Source: Paraspadella gotoi
Lineage: Eukaryota; Animalia; Chaetognatha
NCBI GenBank assembly: GCA_051294375.1
Contig: CM119266.1
Coordinates: 23,198,413-23,262,412, forward strand
Length of the DNA: 64,000 nucleotides
Direction of reading: 5' to 3'
Position numbers and translations under genes: made by a program. This document shows positions 60,960-64,000 of this stretch, one piece after another. The notes beneath the pieces were generated by a model. It was not told the origin of the DNA. It did no database searches and saw only the letters and a program-made list of their open reading frames with translations. The number at the start of each line of letters is the position of its first letter. The stretch's first letter is position 1.

Positions 60960-61150
60960 GCCCTTCTTACCAAATACCCAGAGGAATTCTCGCCAATTTT
61001 GGAAATGCTTACGGATCGTACTGCAATGACAGTTTCAAAGATAATGGCAATGGCTGGGGTGTCAGAAGCCTTCACCACCAAAACATCAACCACTAATGTC
61101 CTTTTGGATAAAGAAAAAATTCCCTTATGCAAACGTGTTTTTTACCCCAG
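60960..61150 (+). CDS. Exon of CNGK-like channel: CNBD B/C helices and linker into a further repeat
   Basis: TTCTAG acceptor, phase 0, joins FESIE to ALLTKYPEEFSPILEML (LL..YPE motif). Ends IPLCKRVFYP, like the pre-S1 I.P motif. AG/GT donor at 61150/61151. Confidence 0.7.
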
Positions 61151-61165
61151 GTGGAGAAAAAGCTT

Positions 61166-61523
61166 TGGGACTTATTTTCCCAGAACGCTCCATTTGATAA
61201 AAAAAAGTTAAAGATAAGTTTGGAGTTTAAGGTTAAGGATTAGTGGATTAATGGCTAGTGATTAAGGTTAGGATTTTGGTTAATGATTAGGTTTAGGGAT
61301 TAGGGTTACGAACTAGGGTTTAAGGTTTGGGGAAAAGGTTAGAAATTAAGCAGAAAAGATTGGAGTTAGCATTCAGGATTTTGTTAGACTTTGAGATTAA
61401 AATTAGGAATTAGGGTTAGGAATTAGGTTATAAATTTAAGAATATATTTAGTTAAAATACTAAAGTTTAAATTAAATCCGGGAAAAGCAACTGAAATGGG
61501 GCGCTCTGGGAAAAGATAGCCCA
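61166..61523. mobile_element. Small inverted-repeat-bounded element with degenerate TTAGG(G) repeats
   Basis: ~30-bp imperfect IRs (TTTTCCCAGAACGCTCCATTT / AAATGGGGCGCTCTGGGAAAA) around a TTAGG-rich tract. Confidence 0.55.
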
Positions 61524-61589
61524 GTTTTTAGATTGGGACTGTTTAACCATTTTAAAATGTTACTAGTTACTACGATTATAATACGTAAG

Positions 61590-63225
61590 AAACAATGAAA
61601 AATAATGTGGCGAAACGGTCTCGTGCTGATTTTGTCCCTTTAAAATTGTTTCTGAGCCAAATTAATTTATTATTACTTTTGGTAATATGTGCGATATACA
61701 CTCCTGAACATTACTGTGTCTGACCATAACCCTTGACCATCAACAAAAAAGCTAACTAGATCAAAAATAGTAAAAAAGATGAAGTAATATAGCTCGAAAT
61801 GTTTACAAAATTTTAGACCATTGATTTTATAAATACAAAAAGAATATTAATATTATTAAAAAAAAACTTTAACGATAACCTAATAGTTCACCGAGACCAA
61901 GATGAATATTTTTTACCCATCATTTCCTCAATTTATATGAGTCATTAGCTTGTAATTAGTCAATTAATCTAAATAACAATATGACAAATTCATTTTCAAT
62001 TTTTTTTATGAATGGGAAGTTTTCTCTGCTTACTCCCCTTGTGTTTAATTATCTAATATTTTAGAGGTATTTTCAAAAACCTTATATAATTACTATATTT
62101 TTCACTTTTTTTCAATACTTTCAAATAAAAACAATATCATAAAACATTTAAAATTAATTAAAAAATTTGATTGAATGATTTTTTAAAAAAATATTTTGAA
62201 ACTTAAGAATAATGGATTTTGAGAAAGGAAAACAATTTTGCAATTCTAAAAAAATCAGCCTTTAGCCTTTTTATTTTTTTAGAGGCTGATTTTTTCATTT
62301 TTTTGATATTTTGATTTTCTATGCAAAACCATTATTCTTAATGAGCATAGGTTGGACAAACTTTATTTTCAACAATTAAAAAAAAATTTAACTTTTTTAA
62401 TTAGGCTTTTTTGGGGAAATAAATAAATCAATTGTTATACAATGGGTATATCTGAAAGTGATATGTCTTTAAATGATGAAACAATTTTCTTCAAATTTTA
62501 TTTTGAAATTTAAGTATTGTACCAATAGAAATAAGTGAGATACTCCCGCTTTGCCGAAATTTTTATTTAACAAAGATTTGTACTGCGTAGTTTAAAAAAG
62601 TTATTTTTAAAAAAAACTTTTGAATGAAAAGAGGTAGCAAGGTGGGTTTGGTATCAAATTAAAGCCCTAATCCTGGGACACCTTTCTAAAAGCGTTTTAT
62701 TAAATTAAATCCATAAATCTTACACAGCTTTTGTTTAAATCAGAGTTAAAGCCTTAAAGGTATAAAAGTTTTTTGCTTTAAAAATTTTAATGAAGGCATT
62801 TAAAATTTTTATTTTTTTTTGTAATTTGAAAAAGGAAAGACTGAATTACATCTTGATTATTATTAAATTCCAGAAAATTGCTTATATTTCTCAGTTAAAG
62901 TAAAAAACAAACAAAAATTTATATTGTAGCTTGATAAAATGTCTTTTTAAATATAAAAATGATAAATACAAAAATGTTTTCAGCTTGATATAAACAGTCT
63001 GGACGTCTACCTTCTTGTCTGTAAAAAAATCGCCATTTTTCATTATTTTTAACTGCAAACAAAAAGCTTGACAAACTGCTTGTTTATCATAATAAAGTTT
63101 TAAAAAAATACATAGCTGGCAACATATTTGACAAAGCAAGACATCATTGTGTTAAATTGTATTGATAATTTTTTTTTGAATATAGCAAGGAATTTAATTC
63201 TATTATTTATCATCCATAATTAAGA
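61590..63225 (+). repeat. ~1.6-kb interspersed repeat (copy of 39720-41229)
   Basis: Direct colinear homology. Confidence 0.75.
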
Positions 63226-64000
63226 AACAAGTTTGAGAAAACAATGTCGGATCTGCCTACAATAATTAAGATGTAATCTGCTAATCAGATGATAAATCAC
63301 AATATTTTTAAAAAAATTTTTTAACTCGCATCATTTTTTGAACTCGTATAATTTTTTCCACACACATAATTTTTCAACTCATCATTTTTTCAATTTACAT
63401 CATATTTATAATTCGCATCATTTTTTTAACCTCGCATCGTTTTTTTAAATTGCATCATTTTTTCCACGCACATAATTTTTTCAACTCATCATTTTTTCAA
63501 TTTATATCATTTTTACAATTCGCATCATTTTTTTAACTTGCATCATTTTTTTAACTTGCATCATTTTTTCAACTTGCATAATTTTTTCAACTTGCATAAT
63601 TTTTTCAACTTGCATAATTTTTTCAACTTGCATAATTTTTTTAACTTGCATATTTTTTTCAACTTGCATAATTTTTTCAACTTGCATAATTTGTTTAAAT
63701 TGTATCATTTTTTCAAATTAATTAATTAATTAATTAAATAAAACATTTATTAGTAATCATAAATAAAAAAGATTCAAGAAAATGTGAATTATGTTTTTTC
63801 CATTTAAACTCATTTCCACAGGCACAATTCCATCAAAACTTTATATCGAACTTCTTCACACACTTTCCTCTTCAATCTATTAATTCAATTATGATTAATT
63901 CGAGTAATTATGGGTTAAAATAAGTAACATTGCAGGACTAGCAAGATCGTGAAAACAAAAAGATTCAAGTAAATGTGACTCATATTTTTTTATTTAAACT
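63226..64000 (-). mobile_element. DINE-1/Helentron-like family A element running off the window end
   Basis: AACAAGTTTGAGAAAACAATGTCGGATCTGCC terminus; very similar to 23352-24100. Confidence 0.7.

Overview
This is AT-rich, repeat-dense eukaryotic DNA, most likely from an invertebrate animal, with one 100-N gap (12604-12703). Scattered single-base indels suggest an imperfectly polished assembly. There are no prokaryotic features and no CRISPR array. The whole window appears to lie inside one plus-strand spliced gene. About nine exons (31 to 61150) encode CNBD / S1-S6 + pore / C-linker / CNBD / start of another S1, which is a concatenated cyclic-nucleotide-binding-domain channel of the CNGK (tetraKCNG) type, with a non-canonical filter (FGIGLGD). 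The introns hold many transposons: a nearly intact CsRn1-like Ty3/Gypsy element (52898-58030), a decayed relative, a deleted LTR element, Penelope-like fragments with inverted pLTRs and hammerhead motifs, a 2.5-kb Chapaev-like foldback, hAT-, Kolobok- and Tc1-like remnants, LINE endonuclease fragments and many DINE-1/Helentron-like elements. The most unusual observation is a miniature LTR retrotransposon (TRIM, 41230-41873, plus solo LTRs). Its ~235-bp LTRs each contain a 72-nt tRNA-like module, making it a possible tRNA analogue of the 5S-carrying Cassandra elements, and its PBS and PPT match the resident Gypsy. All family assignments come from motif recognition by eye; no searches were run.
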